The position numbers and the translations under genes were made by a program. A stretch of 64,000 nt of DNA from Octopus vulgaris (Eukaryota), in assembly GCA_951406725.2 (NCBI GenBank), contig OX597839.1, forward strand, positions 36,890,001 through 36,954,000. Reading direction: 5' to 3'. Below, in pieces: positions 1 to 15,650 of this stretch; the first letter of the stretch is position 1, and the number at the start of each line of letters is the position of its first letter. The notes below the pieces were generated by a model. The model had not been told where the DNA came from, searched no databases, and was given only the letters and a program-made list of their open reading frames with translations.

Positions 1-561
1 TGCCTGACTGGCCATCGTGCTAGTGGCGCGTAAAAGCAACCACTACACTGCCGGAGTGGTTAGGCGTTAAGGAGGGCATCCAGCTGTAGAAACTCTGTGA
101 GATCAGACTGCAATCTGGTGCAGCCATCTGGTTCGCCAGACCTCGGTCAAATCATCCAGCCCATGACAGCATGAAGAGCAGACATTAAATGATGATGATA
201 TTTATATCTAACCAAAGATGTATATGTATATATATATATGTGTGTGTTTGTGTGTGTGTAAATATATACATATATAACATCATCATCGTTTAACGTCCGT
301 TTTCCGGGCTAACATGCCTTGGACAGTTAGACCGGGGTCTGGGAAGCCAGGAATCTGCACCAAGCTCAAATCTGATCTGGCAGTGGTTCTACAGCAGGAT
401 GCCCTTTCTAACGCCAACCACTCTGTGAGTGTAGCGGGTGCCTTTTATGTTCCAGGGTAGGCTGGCAGCGGCTACGATCGGTTAGTGCTTTTTACGTGCC
501 ACCGGCACAGAAGCCAGTCAAGGTGGTGCTGGCATCAGCCACGTTCGGATGATGCTTTTTA

Positions 562-594
<33 letters not shown>

Positions 595-784
595 GATATA
601 CATTTATATATAAGTGCTTGTGTTTATATCTATATATATATATGCTATATATATATATGTTTTATATACATACATATATATTTGTGTTTTTATATATATA
701 TATATATTTGTGTTTTTATATATATATATTTGTGTTTTTATATATATATATATATTTGTGTTTTTATATATATACATATATTTG

Positions 785-823
<39 letters not shown>

Positions 824-826
824 GTG

Positions 827-990
<164 letters not shown>

Positions 991-996
991 TGTGTG

Positions 997-1051
<55 letters not shown>

Positions 1052-1355
1052 TCATCATCATTTAGCATCCGTTTTCCATGCTAGCATGGGTTGGACGGTT
1101 CAACTGGGGTCTGTGAAGCCAGAAGGCTGCATCAGGCCCAGTCTGATCTGGCAGTGTTTCTACGGCTTGATGCCCTTCCTAACACCAACGACACCGTGAG
1201 TGTAGTGGGTGCTTTTTACATGCCACCAGCACAGGTGCCAGACGCAGCTGGCAAACGGCCAAGGACGGATGGTGCTTTTTACTTGCCACTGGCACTGAGG
1301 CCAGGCGAGTATGGCAACGGCCACAATCGGATGGTGCTGGTTATAGGTGAGGCGG

Positions 1356-2111
1356 CTAAAGAAGTCCACTGGTTCGTTCACTTGTCTGTGTTCCAACAGT
1401 GGTAAAGACACTTTTGAACTGGTCATTCAGCATCTCACTGATCATAGTTGGACTGTCTGTGAGGGAGCCATCCTTTTGGAGGAGGGGTCCTATCTTGTAG
1501 TGCACTGAGACTGTTTCTTTCGCATAATGAAAGAAGGCCTTTGGGTTTGATTTAATGGTTTTTATAACCCAGGCTTCGTTGTCTGCTTTCTCCTTCACAT
1601 AGGATTGTTGCAGCCTTTTTTCGATCTCCATCAGTGTTGTTTTTAGGCGGGACGTTTCGCTACTTTTGGGATGTTGGTTGAGACGATTTGCAACCTTCGT
1701 CCTTCGTCTCATGAGGATCTTCCTATCTCTTGGAATCTTGCTCCTATTTGTTTTGGCCTTGTGCTCTGGGACATATTTCTGGCATACGGCTTGCACAGAA
1801 GACATGAAACATTCTAGTTTCATGTCAATGTCTGGTGTGGAGAGACATTCCGGCCAGGCCTCTCTGAGGATCTCTATTTGGATCGATTTCCAATCTGCTT
1901 TGTGGAAGTTCAGATTGGAGAGATTTCGGGTGCTTCCTGTAGGCTGTATGTCTCTGGTTACTTTCGGCCCAAACATAGATAGCTCTATTATGTTGTGATC
2001 CGAAACTGATGTCGGTGTCACTTTCACATCATGAATGATGTCCATATTGTTCGTGAAGCAGAGATCCAGAATGTTATTCGCCCTAGTTGGCTTGAGTACA
2101 ACATGCTCCAT
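1356..2111 (-). mobile_element. Non-LTR retrotransposon (CR1/L2/Jockey-group) ORF2 fragment: end of APE endonuclease + tether, array copy 1
   Basis: Translation PTRANNILDLCFTN...SDHNII...NFHKADW...KSNPKAFFHYAK...IGPL matches LINE EN C-terminal (LD..F, SDH) and tether motifs; no RT domain present. Confidence 0.85.
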
Positions 2112-2350
2112 GAATAATATATATATATATATAAATATACATGCATATATATATATGTGCATATATGTTATTACGCCGCCACTCAGGATCCTAGGCCTTC
2201 CGATTCCACCATGGGCCCCAAGTCGCGAAGCCGATGCTCGGTAAACCAGAAATTCAAAATAGGAAGGGGATGCATATATATGTATGTACATGTACATACT
2301 TACATCTATATATATATATATGCATATGTAGGCACAGGACCTCACAAAAC

Positions 2351-2391
<41 letters not shown>

Positions 2392-3493
2392 TATATATAT
2401 AGCCTTGAAATCAACATCAAAATCAACGATTGGCATCCGTGCTAGTGGAGTGCTAAGAGTACCATATGAGCGTGATCGTTGCCAGGGCAACAGGTTGGCC
2501 TCCATGCCGGTGGCACATGAAAAACACCATTCGAGCTTGATCATTACCTGCGTCACCTTACTAGCACTTGTACTGGTGGCACCTGAACAAAACATTCGAA
2601 CGAGGTCATTCCCAGTGCCGCTGGACTGACTCCTGTGCAGGTGGCACATATAAGGCCGCATTTGAACGTGGCCGTTGCCAATACTGCCTGACTGGCCATC
2701 GTGCTAGTGGCGCGTAAAAGCAACCACTACACTGCCGGAGTGGTTGGCGTTAAGGAGGGCATCCAGCTGTAGAAACTCTGTGAGATCAGACTGCAATCTG
2801 GTGCAGCCATCTGGTTCGCCAGACATCGGTCAAATCATCCAGCCCATGACAGCATGAAAAGCAGACATTAAATGATGATGATATTTATATCTAGCCAAAG
2901 ATGTATATGTATATATATATATGTGTGTGTTTGTGTGTGTGTAAATATATACATATATAACATCATCATCGTTTAACGTCCGTTTTCCGGGCTAACATGC
3001 CTTGGACAGTTAGACCGGGGTCTGGGAAGCCAGGAATCTGCACCAAGCTCAAATCTGATCTGGCAGTGGTTCTACAGCAGGATGCCCTTTCTAACGCCAA
3101 CCACTCTGTGAGTGTAGCGGGTGCCTTTTATGTTCCAGGGTAGGCTGGCAGCGGCTACGATCGGTTAGTGCTTTTTACGTGCCACCGGCACAGAAGCCAG
3201 TCAAGGCGGTGCTGGCATCAGCCACGTTCGGATGATGCTTTTTACATGCCATATATATATATATATATATATAGATATATATTTATATATAAGTGCTTGT
3301 GTTTATATCTATATATATATATGCTATATATATATATGTTTTATAGACATACATATATATATTTGTGTTTTTATATATATATATATATTTGTGTTTTTAT
3401 AGATATATATTTGTGTTTTTATATATATATATATATATTTGTGTTTTTATATATATACATATATTTGAGTTTATATATATATACATATATTTG

Positions 3494-3532
<39 letters not shown>

Positions 3533-3602
3533 TTTTATATATATATATATATTTATATATATATAGTTGTGTGTTTTTATATATATATATATATTTGTGT
3601 TT

Positions 3603-3654
<52 letters not shown>

Positions 3655-3958
3655 TCATCATCATTTAGCATCCGCTTTCCATGCTAGCATTGGTTGGACG
3701 GTTCAAATGGGGTCTGTGAAGCCAGAAGGCTGCATCAGGCCCAGTCTGATCTGGCAGTGTTTCTACGGCTTGATGCCCTTCCTAACACCAACGACACCGT
3801 GAGTGTAGTGGGTGCTTTTTACATGCCACCAGCACAGGTGCCAGACGCAGCTGGCAAACGGCCAAGGACGGATGGTGCTTTTTACTTGCCACTGGCACTG
3901 AGGCCAGGCGAGTATGGCAACGGCCACAATCGGATGGTGCTGGTTATAGGTGAGGCGG

Positions 3959-4714
3959 CTAAAGAAGTCCACTGGTTCGTTCACTTGTCTGTGTTCCAAC
4001 AGTGGTAAAGACACTTTTGAACTGGTCATTCAGCATCTCACTGATCATAGTTGGACTGTCTGTGAGGGAGCCATCCTTTTGGAGGAGGGGTCCTATCTTG
4101 TAGTGCACTGAGACTGTTTCTTTCGCATAATGAAAGAAGGCCTTTGGGTTTGATTTAATGGTTTTTATAACCCAGGCTTCTTTGTCTGCTTTCTCCTTCA
4201 CATAGGATTGTTGCAGCCTTTTTTCGATCTCCATCAGTGTTGTTTTTAGGCGGGACGTTTCGCTACTTTTGGGATGTTGGTTGAGACGATTTGCAACCTT
4301 CGTCCTTCGTCTCATGAGGATCTTCCTATCTCTTGGAATCTTGCTCCTATTTGTTTTGGCCTTGTGCTCTGGGACATATTTCTGGCATACGGCTTGCACA
4401 GAAGACATGAAACATTCTAGTTTCATGTCAATGTCTGGTGTGGAGAGACATTCCGGCCAGGCCTCTCTGAGGATCTCTATTTGGATCGATTTCCAATCTG
4501 CTTTGTGGAAGTTCAGATTGGAGAGATTTCGGGTGCTTCCTGTAGGCTGTATGTCTCTGGTTACTTTCGGCCCAAACATAGATAGCTCTATTATGTTGTG
4601 ATCCGAAACTGATGTCGGTGTCACTTTCACATCATGAATGATGTCCATATTGTTCGTGAAGCAGAGATCCAGAATGTTATTCGCCCTAGTTGGCTTGAGT
4701 ACAACATGCTCCAT
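3959..4714 (-). mobile_element. LINE ORF2 fragment, array copy 2
   Basis: Same 251-aa segment as copy 1 (one substitution). Confidence 0.85.
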
Positions 4715-4953
4715 GAATAATATATATATATATATAAATATACATGCATATATATATATGTGCATATATGTTATTACGCCGCCACTCAGGATCCTAGGCC
4801 TTCCGATTCCACCATGGGCCCCAAGTCGCGAAGCCGATGCTCGGTAAACCAGAAATTCAAAATAGGAAGGGGATGCATATATATGTATGTACATGTACAT
4901 ACTTACATCTATATATATATATATGCATATGTAGGCACAGGACCTCACAAAAC

Positions 4954-4987
<34 letters not shown>

Positions 4988-6131
4988 GTTTATATATATA
5001 GCCTTGAAATCAACATCAAAATAAACGATTGGCATCCGTGCTAGTGGAGTGCTAAGAGTACCATATGAGCGTGATCGTTGCCAGGGCAACAGGTTGGCCT
5101 CCATGCCGGTGGCACATAAAAAACACCATTCGAGCTTGATCATTACCTGCGTCACCTTACGAGCACTTGTACTGGTGGCACCTGAACAAAACATTCGAAC
5201 GAGGTCATTCCCAGTGCCGCTGGACTGAATCCTGTGCAGGTGGCACATATAAGGCAGCATTTGAACGTGGCTGTTGCCAATACTGCCTGACTGGCCATCG
5301 TGCTAGTGGCGCGTAAAAGCAACCACTACACTGCCGGAGTGGTTGGCGTTAAGGAGGGCATCCAGCTGTAGAAACTCTGTGAGATCAGACTGCAATCTGG
5401 TGCAGCCATCTTGGTTCGCCAGACCTCGGTCAAATCATCCAGCCCATGACAGCATGAAGAGCAGACATTAAATGATGATGATATTTATATCTAACCAAAG
5501 ATGTATATGTATATATATATATGTGTGTGTTTGTGTGTGTGTAAATATATACATATATAACATCATCATCGTTTAACGTCCGTTTTCCGGGCTAACATGC
5601 CTTGGACAGTTAGACCGGGGTCTGGGAAGCCAGGAATCTGCACCAAGCTCAAATCTGATCTGGCAGTGGTTCTACAGCAGGATGCCCTTTCTAACGCCAA
5701 CCACTCTGTGAGTGTAGCGGGTGCCTTTTATGTTCCAGGGTGGGCTGGCAGCGGCTACGATCGGTTAGTGCTTTTTACGTGCCACCGGCACAGAAGCCAG
5801 TCAAGGTGGTGCTGGCATCAGCCACGTTCGGATGATGCTTTTTACATGCCATATATATATATATATATATAGATATATATTTATATATAAGTGCTTGTGT
5901 TTATATCTATATATATATATGCTATATATATATATGTTTTATATACATACATATATATTTGTGTTTTTATATATATATATATATTTTTGTTTTTATATAT
6001 ATATATTTGTGTTTTTATATATATATATATATTTGTGTTTTTATATATATACATATATTTGAGTTTATATATATATATATATATTTGTGTGTTTTTATAT
6101 ATATATCTTTATATATATATATATTTGTGTG

Positions 6132-6168
<37 letters not shown>

Positions 6169-6175
6169 GTGTTTT

Positions 6176-6345
<170 letters not shown>

Positions 6346-6351
6346 TGTGTG

Positions 6352-6414
<63 letters not shown>

Positions 6415-6715
6415 TCATCATTTAGCATCCGCTTTCCATGCTAGCATGGGTTGGACGGTTCAACTGGGGTCTGTGAAGCCAGAAGGCTGCATCAGGCCCA
6501 GTCTGATCTGGCAGTGTTTCTACGGCTTGATGCCCTTCCTAACACCAACGACACTGTGAGTGTAGTGGGTGCTTTTTACATGCCACAAGCACAGGTGCCA
6601 GACGCAGCTGGCAAACGGCCAAGGACGGATGGTGCTTTTTACTTGCCACTGGCACTGAGGCCAGGCGAGTATGGCAACGGCCACAATCGGATGGTGCTGG
6701 TTATAGGTGAGGCGG

Positions 6716-7471
6716 CTAAAGAAGTCCACTGGTTCGTTCACTTGTCTGTGTTCCAACAGTGGTAAAGACACTTTTGAACTGGTCATTCAGCATCTCACTG
6801 ATCATAGTTGGACTGTCTGTGAGGGAGCCATCCTTTTGGAGGAGGGGTCCTATCTTGTAGTGCACTGAGACTGTTTCTTTCGCATAATGAAAGAAGGCCT
6901 TTGGGTTTGATTTAATGGTTTTTATAACCCAGGCTTCTTTGTCTGCTTTCTCCTTCACATAGGATTGTTGCAGCCTTTTTTCGATCTCCATCAGTGTTGT
7001 TTTTAGGCGGGACGTTTCGCTACTTTTGGGATGTTGGTTGAGACGATTTGCAACCTTCGTCCTTCGTCTCATGAGGATCTTCCTATCTCTTGGAATCTTG
7101 CTCCTATTTGTTTTGGCCTTGTGCTCTGGGACATATTTCTGGCATACGGCTTGCACAGAAGACATGAAACATTCTAGTTTCATGTCAATGTCTGGTGTGG
7201 AGAGACATTCCGGCCAGGCCTCTCTGAGGATCTCTATTTGGATCGATTTCCAATCTGCTTTGTGGAAGTTCAGATTGGAGAGATTTCGGGTGCTTCCTGT
7301 AGGCTGTATGTCTCTGGTTACTTTCGGCCCAAACATAGACAGCTCTATTATGTTGTGATCCGAAACTGATGTCGGTGTCACTTTCACATCATGAATGATG
7401 TCCATATTGTTCGTGAAGCAGAGATCCAGAATGTTATTCGCCCTAGTTGGCTTGAGTACAACATGCTCCAT
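6716..7471 (-). mobile_element. LINE ORF2 fragment, array copy 3
   Basis: Same 251-aa segment. Confidence 0.85.
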
Positions 7472-7712
7472 GAATAATATATATATATATATATAAATAT
7501 ACATGCATATATATATATGTGCATATATGTTATTACGCCGCCACTCAGGATCCTAGGCCTTCCGATTCCACCATGGGCCCCAAGTCGCGAAGCCGATGCT
7601 CGGTAAACCAGAAATTCAAAATAGGAAGGGGATGCATATATATGTATGTATATGTACATACTTACATCTATATATATATATATGCATATGTAGGCACAGG
7701 ACCTCACAAAAC

Positions 7713-7753
<41 letters not shown>

Positions 7754-8881
7754 TATATATATAGCCTTGAAATCAACATCAAAATCAACGATTGGCATCC
7801 GTGCTAGTGGAGTGCTAAGAGTACCATATGAGCGTGATCGTTGCCAGGGCAACAGGTTGGCCTCCATGCCGGTGGCACATAAAAAACACCATTCGAGCTT
7901 GATCATTACCTGCGTCACCTTACTAGCACTTGTACTGGTGGCACCTGAACAAAACATTCGAACGAGGTCATTCCCAGTGCCGCTGGACTGACTCCTGTGC
8001 AGGTGGCACATAAAAGGCAGCATTTGAACGTGGCCGTTGCCAATACTGCCTGACTGGCCATCGTGCTAGTGGCGCGTAAAAGCAACCACTACACTGCCGG
8101 AGTGGTTGGCGTTAAGGAGGGCATCCAGCTGTAGAAACTCTGTGAGATCAGACTGCAATCTGGTGCAGCCATCTGGTTCGCCAGACCTCGGTCAAATCAT
8201 CCAGCCCATGACAGCATGAAAAGCAGACATTAAATGATGATGATATTTATATCTAGCCAAAGATGTATATGTATATATATATATGTGTGTGTTTGTGTGT
8301 GTGTAAATATATACATATATAACATCATCATCGTTTAACGTCCGTTTTCCGGGCTAACATGCCTTGGACAGTTAGACCGGGGTCTGGGAAGCCAGGAATC
8401 TGCACCAAGCTCAAATCTGATCTGGCAGTGGTTCTACAGCAGGATGCCCTTTCTAACGCCAACCACTCTGTGAGTGTAGCGGGTGCCTTTTATGTTCCAG
8501 GGTAGGCTGGCAGCGGCTACGATCGGTTAGTGCTTTTTACGTGCCACCGGCACAGAAGCCCGTCAAGGCGGTGCTGGCATCAGCCACGTTCGGATGATGC
8601 TTTTTACATGCCATATCTATATATATATATATATATATATAGATATATATTTATATATAAGTGCTTGTGTTTATATCTATATATATATATGCTATATATA
8701 TATATATGTTTTATATACATACATATATATATTTGTGTTTTTATATATATATATATTTGTGTTTTTATATATATATATTTGTGTTTTTATATATATATAT
8801 ATATGTGTTTTTATATATATATATTTGTGTTTTTATATATATATATATATATTTGTGTTTTTATATATATACATATATTTG

Positions 8882-8950
<69 letters not shown>

Positions 8951-8963
8951 ATTTGTGTGTTTT

Positions 8964-8995
<32 letters not shown>

Positions 8996-9028
8996 TGTGT
9001 GTTTTTATATATATATATATTTGTGTTT

Positions 9029-9066
<38 letters not shown>

Positions 9067-9367
9067 TCATCATTTAGCATCCGCTTTCCATGCTAGCATG
9101 GGTTGGACGGTTCAACTGGGGTCTGTGAAGCCAGAAGGCTGCATCAGGCCCAGTCTGATCTGGCAGTGTTTCTACGGCTTGATGCCCTTCCTAACACCAA
9201 CGACACTGTGAGTGTAGTGGGTGCTTTTTACATGCCACAAGCACAGGTGCCAGACGCAGCTGGCAAACGGCCAAGGACGGATGGTGCTTTTTACTTGCCA
9301 CTGGCACTGAGGCCAGGCGAGTATGGCAACGGCCACAATCGGATGGTGCTGGTTATAGGTGAGACGG

Positions 9368-10123
9368 CTAAAGAAGTCCACTGGTTCGTTCACTTGTCTG
9401 TGTTCCAACAGTGGTAAAGACACTTTTGAACTGGTCATTCAGCATCTCACTGATCATAGTTGGACTGTCTGTGAGGGAGCCATCCTTTTGGAGGAGGGGT
9501 CCTATCTTGTAGTGCACTGAGACTGTTTCTTTCGCATAATGAAAGAAGGCCTTTGGGTTTGATTTAATGGTTTTTATAACCCAGGCTTCTTTGTCTGCTT
9601 TCTCCTTCACATAGGATTGTTGCAGCCTTTTTTCGATCTCCATCAGTGTTGTTTTTAGGCGGGACGTTTCGCTACTTTTGGGATGTTGGTTGAGACGATT
9701 TGCAACCTTCGTCCTTCGTCTCATGAGGATCTTCCTATCTCTTGGAATCTTGCTCCTATTTGTTTTGGCCTTGTGCTCTGGGACATATTTCTGGCATACG
9801 GCTTGCACAGAAGACATGAAACATTCTAGTTTCATGTCAATGTCTGGTGTGGAGAGACATTCCGGCCAGGCCTCTCTGAGGATCTCTATTTGGATCGATT
9901 TCCAATCTGCTTTGTGGAAGTTCAGATTGGAGAGATTTCGGGTGCTTCCTGTAGGCTGTATGTCTCTGGTTACTTTCGGCCCAAACATAGACAGCTCTAT
10001 TATGTTGTGATCCGAAACTGATGTCGGTGTCACTTTCACATCATGAATGATGTCCATATTGTTCGTGAAGCAGAGATCCAGAATGTTATTCGCCCTAGTT
10101 GGCTTGAGTACAACATGCTCCAT
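9368..10123 (-). mobile_element. LINE ORF2 fragment, array copy 4
   Basis: Same 251-aa segment. Confidence 0.85.
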
Positions 10124-10364
10124 GAATAATATATATATATATATATAAATATACATGCATATATATATATGTGCATATATGTTATTACGCCGCCACTCAG
10201 GATCCTAGGCCTTCCGATTCCACCATGGGCCCCAAGTCGCGAAGCCGATGCTCGGTAAACCAGAAATTCAAAATAGGAAGGGGATGCATATATATGTATG
10301 TATATGTACATACTTACATCTATATATATATATATGCATATGTAGGCACAGGACCTCACAAAAC

Positions 10365-10398
<34 letters not shown>

Positions 10399-11524
10399 GT
10401 TTATATATATAGCCTTGAAATCAACATCAAAATCAACGATTGGCATCCGTGCTAGTGGAGTGCTAAGAGTACCATATGAGCGTGATCGTTGCCAGGGCAA
10501 CAGGTTGGCCTCCATGCCGGTGGCACATAAAAAACACCATTCGAGCTTGATCATTACCTGCGTCACCTTACTAGCACTTGTACTGGTGGCACCTGAACAA
10601 AACATTCGAACGAGGTCATTCCCAGTGCCGCTGGACTGACTCCTGTGCAGGTGGCACATAAAAGGCAGCATTTGAACGTGGCCGTTGCCAATACTGCCTG
10701 ACTGGCCATCGTGCTAGTGGCGCGTAAAAGCAACCACTACACTGCCGGAGTGGTTGGCGTTAAGGAGGGCATCCAGCTGTAGAAACTCTGTGAGATCAGA
10801 CTGCAATCTGGTGCAGCCATCTGGTTCGCCAGACCTCGGTCAAATCATCCAGCCCATGACAGCATGAAAAGCAGACATTAAATGATGATGATATTTATAT
10901 CTAGCCAAAGATGTATATGTATATATATATATGTGTGTGTTTGTGTGTGTGTAAATATATACATATATAACATCATCATCGTTTAACGTCCGTTTTCCGG
11001 GCTAACATGCCTTGGACAGTTAGACCGGGGTCTGGGAAGCCAGGAATCTGCACCAAGCTCAAATCTGATCTGGCAGTGGTTCTACAGCAGGATGCCCTTT
11101 CTAACGCCAACCACTCTGTGAGTGTAGCGGGTGCCTTTTATGTTCCAGGGTGGGCTGGCAGCGGCTACGATCGGTTAGTGCTTTTTACGTGCCACCGGCA
11201 CAGAAGCCAGTCAAGGCGGTGCTGGCATCAGCCACGTTCGGATGATGCTTTTTACATGCCATATATATATATATATATATAGATATATATTTACATATAA
11301 GTGCTTGTGTTTATATCTATATATATATATGCTATATATATATATATGTTTTATATACATACATATATATATATTTGTGTTTTTATATATATATATATTT
11401 TGTGTTTTTATATATATATATTTGTGTTTTTATATATATATATATATATGTGTTTTTATATATATATATTTGTGTTTTTATATATATATATATATTTGTG
11501 TTTTTATATATATACATATATTTG

Positions 11525-11561
<37 letters not shown>

Positions 11562-11608
11562 GTGTTTTTATATATATATATTTATATATATATATATTTG
11601 TGTGTTTT

Positions 11609-11640
<32 letters not shown>

Positions 11641-11673
11641 TGTGTGTTTTTATATATATATATATTTGTATTT

Positions 11674-11711
<38 letters not shown>

Positions 11712-12012
11712 TCATCATTTAGCATCCGCTTTCCATGCTAGCATGGGTTGGACGGTTCAACTGGGGTCTGTGAAGCCAGAAGGCTGCATCAGGCCCAGTC
11801 TGATCTGGCAGTGTTTCTACGGCTTGATGCCCTTCCTAACACCAACGACACTGTGAGTGTAGTGGGTGCTTTTTACATGCCACAAGCACAGGTGCCAGAC
11901 GCAGCTGGCAAACGGCCAAGGACGGATGGTGCTTTTTACTTGCCACTGGCACTGAGGCCAGGCGAGTATGGCAACGGCCACAATCGGATGGTGCTGGTTA
12001 TAGGTGAGGCGG

Positions 12013-12768
12013 CTAAAGAAGTCCACTGGTTCGTTCACTTGTCTGTGTTCCAACAGTGGTAAAGACACTTTTGAACTGGTCATTCAGCATCTCACTGATC
12101 ATAGTTGGACTGTCTGTGAGGGAGCCATCCTTTTGGAGGAGGGGTCCTATCTTGTAGTGCACTGAGACTGTTTCTTTCGCATAATGAAAGAAGGCCTTTG
12201 GGTTTGATTTAATGGTTTTTATAACCCAGGCTTCTTTGTCTGCTTTCTCCTTCACATAGGATTGTTGCAGCCTTTTTTCGATCTCCATCAGTGTTGTTTT
12301 TAGGCGGGACGTTTCGCTACTTTTGGGATGTTGGTTGAGACGATTTGCAACCTTCGTCCTTCGTCTCATGAGGATCTTCCTATCTCTTGGAATCTTGCTC
12401 CTATTTGTTTTGGCCTTGTGCTCTGGGACATATTTCTGGCATACGGCTTGCACAGAAGACATGAAACATTCTAGTTTCATGTCAATGTCTGGTGTGGAGA
12501 GACATTCCGGCCAGGCCTCTCTGAGGATCTCTATTTGGATCGATTTCCAATCTGCTTTGTGGAAGTTCAGATTGGAGAGATTTCGGGTGCTTCCTGTAGG
12601 CTGTATGTCTCTGGTTACTTTCGGCCCAAACATAGACAGCTCTATTATGTTGTGATCCGAAACTGATGTCGGTGTCACTTTCACATCATGAATGATGTCC
12701 ATATTGTTCGTGAAGCAGAGATCCAGAATGTTATTCGCCCTAGTTGGCTTGAGTACAACATGCTCCAT
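12013..12768 (-). mobile_element. LINE ORF2 fragment, array copy 5
   Basis: Same 251-aa segment. Confidence 0.85.
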
Positions 12769-12769
12769 G

Positions 12770-12814
<45 letters not shown>

Positions 12815-12990
12815 TACATGCATATATATATATATGTGCATATATGTTATTACGCCGCCACTCAGGATCCTAGGCCTTCCGATTCCACCATGGGCCCCAA
12901 GTCGCGAAGCCGACGCTCGGTAAACCGGAAATTCAAAATAGGAAGGGGATGCATATATATGTATATGTAGGCACAGGACCTCACAAAACA

Positions 12991-13038
<48 letters not shown>

Positions 13039-14146
13039 GCCTTGAAATCAAAATCAAAATCAACGACTGGCATCCGTGCTAGTGGAGTGCTAAGAGTACC
13101 ATATGAGCGTGATCGTTGCCAGGGCAACAGGTTGGCCTCCATGCCGGTGGCACATAAAAAACACCATTCGAGCTTGATCATTACCTGCGTCACCTTACTA
13201 GCACTTGTACTGGTGGCACCTGAACAAAACATTCGAACGAGGTCATTCCCAGTGCCGCTGGACTGACTCCTGTGCAGGTGGCACATAAAAGGTAGCATTT
13301 GAACGTGGCCGTTGCCAATACTGCCTGACTGGCCATCGTGCTAGTGGCGCGTAAAAGCAACCACTACACTGCCGGAGTGGTTGGCGTTAAGGAGGGCATC
13401 CAGCTGTAGAAACTCTGTGAGATCAGACTGCAATCTGGTGCAGCCATCTGGTTCGCCAGACCTCGGTCAAATCATCCAGCCCATGACAGCATGAAAAGCA
13501 GACATTAAATGATGATGATATTTATATCTAGCCAAAGATGTATATGTATATATATATATGTGTGTGTTTGTGTGTGTGTAAATATATACATATATAACAT
13601 CATCATCGTTTAACGTCCGTTTTCCGGGCTAACATGCCTTGGACAGTTAGACCGGGGTCTGGGAAGCCAGGAATCTGCACCAAGCTCAAATCTGATCTGG
13701 CAGTGGTTCTACAGCAGGATGCCCTTTCTAACGCCAACCACTCTGTGAGTGTAGCGGGTGCCTTTTATGTTCCAGGGTAGGCTGGCAGCGGCTACGATCG
13801 GTTAGTGCTTTTTACGTGCCACCGGCACAGAAGCCAGTCAAGGCGGTGCTGGCATCAGCCACGTTCGGATGATGCTTTTTACATGCCATATATATATATA
13901 TATATATATAGATATATATTTATATATAAGTGCTTGTGTTTATATCTATATATATATATGCTATATATATATATGTTTTATATACATACATATATATATT
14001 TGTGTTTTTATATATATATATATTTGTGTTTTTATATATATATATTTGTGTTTTTATATATATATATATATGTGTTTTTATATATATATATTTGTGTTTT
14101 TATATATATATATATATTTGTGTTTTTATATATATACATATATTTG

Positions 14147-14219
<73 letters not shown>

Positions 14220-14232
14220 ATTTGTGTGTTTT

Positions 14233-14264
<32 letters not shown>

Positions 14265-14626
14265 TGTGTGTTTTTATATATATATATATTTGTGTTTAGA
14301 TATATATATATATATATATATATCATCATCATTTAGCATCCGCTTTCCATGCTAGCATGGGTTGGACGGTTCAACTGGGGTCTGTGAAGCCAGAAGGCTG
14401 CATCAGGCCCAGTCTGATCTGGCAGTGTTTCTACGGCTTGATGCCCTTCCTAACACCAACGACACTGTGAGTGTAGTGGGTGCTTTTTACATGCCACAAG
14501 CACAGGTGCCAGACGCAGCTGGCAAACGGCCAAGGACGGATGGTGCTTTTTACTTGCCACTGGCACTGAGGCCAGGCGAGTATGGCAACGGCCACAATCG
14601 GATGGTGCTGGTTATAGGTGAGGCGG

Positions 14627-15382
14627 CTAAAGAAGTCCACTGGTTCGTTCACTTGTCTGTGTTCCAACAGTGGTAAAGACACTTTTGAACTGGTCATTCA
14701 GCATCTCACTGATCATAGTTGGACTGTCTGTGAGGGAGCCATCCTTTTGGAGGAGGGGTCCTATCTTGTAGTGCACTGAGACTGTTTCTTTCGCATAATG
14801 AAAGAAGGCCTTTGGGTTTGATTTAATGGTTTTTATAACCCAGGCTTCTTTGTCTGCTTTCTCCTTCACATAGGATTGTTGCAGCCTTTTTTCGATCTCC
14901 ATCAGTGTTGTTTTTAGGCGGGACGTTTCGCTACTTTTGGGATGTTGGTTGAGACGATTTGCAACCTTCGTCCTTCGTCTCATGAGGATCTTCCTATCTC
15001 TTGGAATCTTGCTCCTATTTGTTTTGGCCTTGTGCTCTGGGACATATTTCTGGCATACGGCTTGCACAGAAGACATGAAACATTCTAGTTTCATGTCAAT
15101 GTCTGGTGTGGAGAGACATTCCGGCCAGGCCTCTCTGAGGATCTCTATTTGGATCGATTTCCAATCTGCTTTGTGGAAGTTCAGATTGGAGAGATTTCGG
15201 GTGCTTCCTGTAGGCTGTATGTCTCTGGTTACTTTCGGCCCAAACATAGACAGCTCTATTATGTTGTGATCCGAAACTGATGTCGGTGTCACTTTCACAT
15301 CATGAATGATGTCCATATTATTCGTGAAGCAGAGATCCAGAATGTTATTCGCCCTAGTTGGCTTGAGTACAACATGCTCCAT
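14627..15382 (-). mobile_element. LINE ORF2 fragment, array copy 6
   Basis: ORF track 14627..15382, 251 aa. Confidence 0.85.
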
Positions 15383-15383
15383 G

Positions 15384-15426
<43 letters not shown>

Positions 15427-15602
15427 TACATGCATATATATATATATGTGCATATATGTTATTACGCCGCCACTCAGGATCCTAGGCCTTCCGATTCCAC
15501 CATGGGCCCCAAGTCGCGAAGCCGACGCTCGGTAAACCGGAAATTCAAAATAGGAAGGGGATGCATATATATGTATATGTAGGCACAGGACCTCACAAAA
15601 CA

Positions 15603-15650
<48 letters not shown>

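Noticed and set aside
1091-1405. Recurrent 104-aa [15 protein letters not shown] (also at 31361 and 52507)
   Set aside because: Reading frame through a SINE-like repeat with a non-ATG start; recurrence is explained by the repeat.
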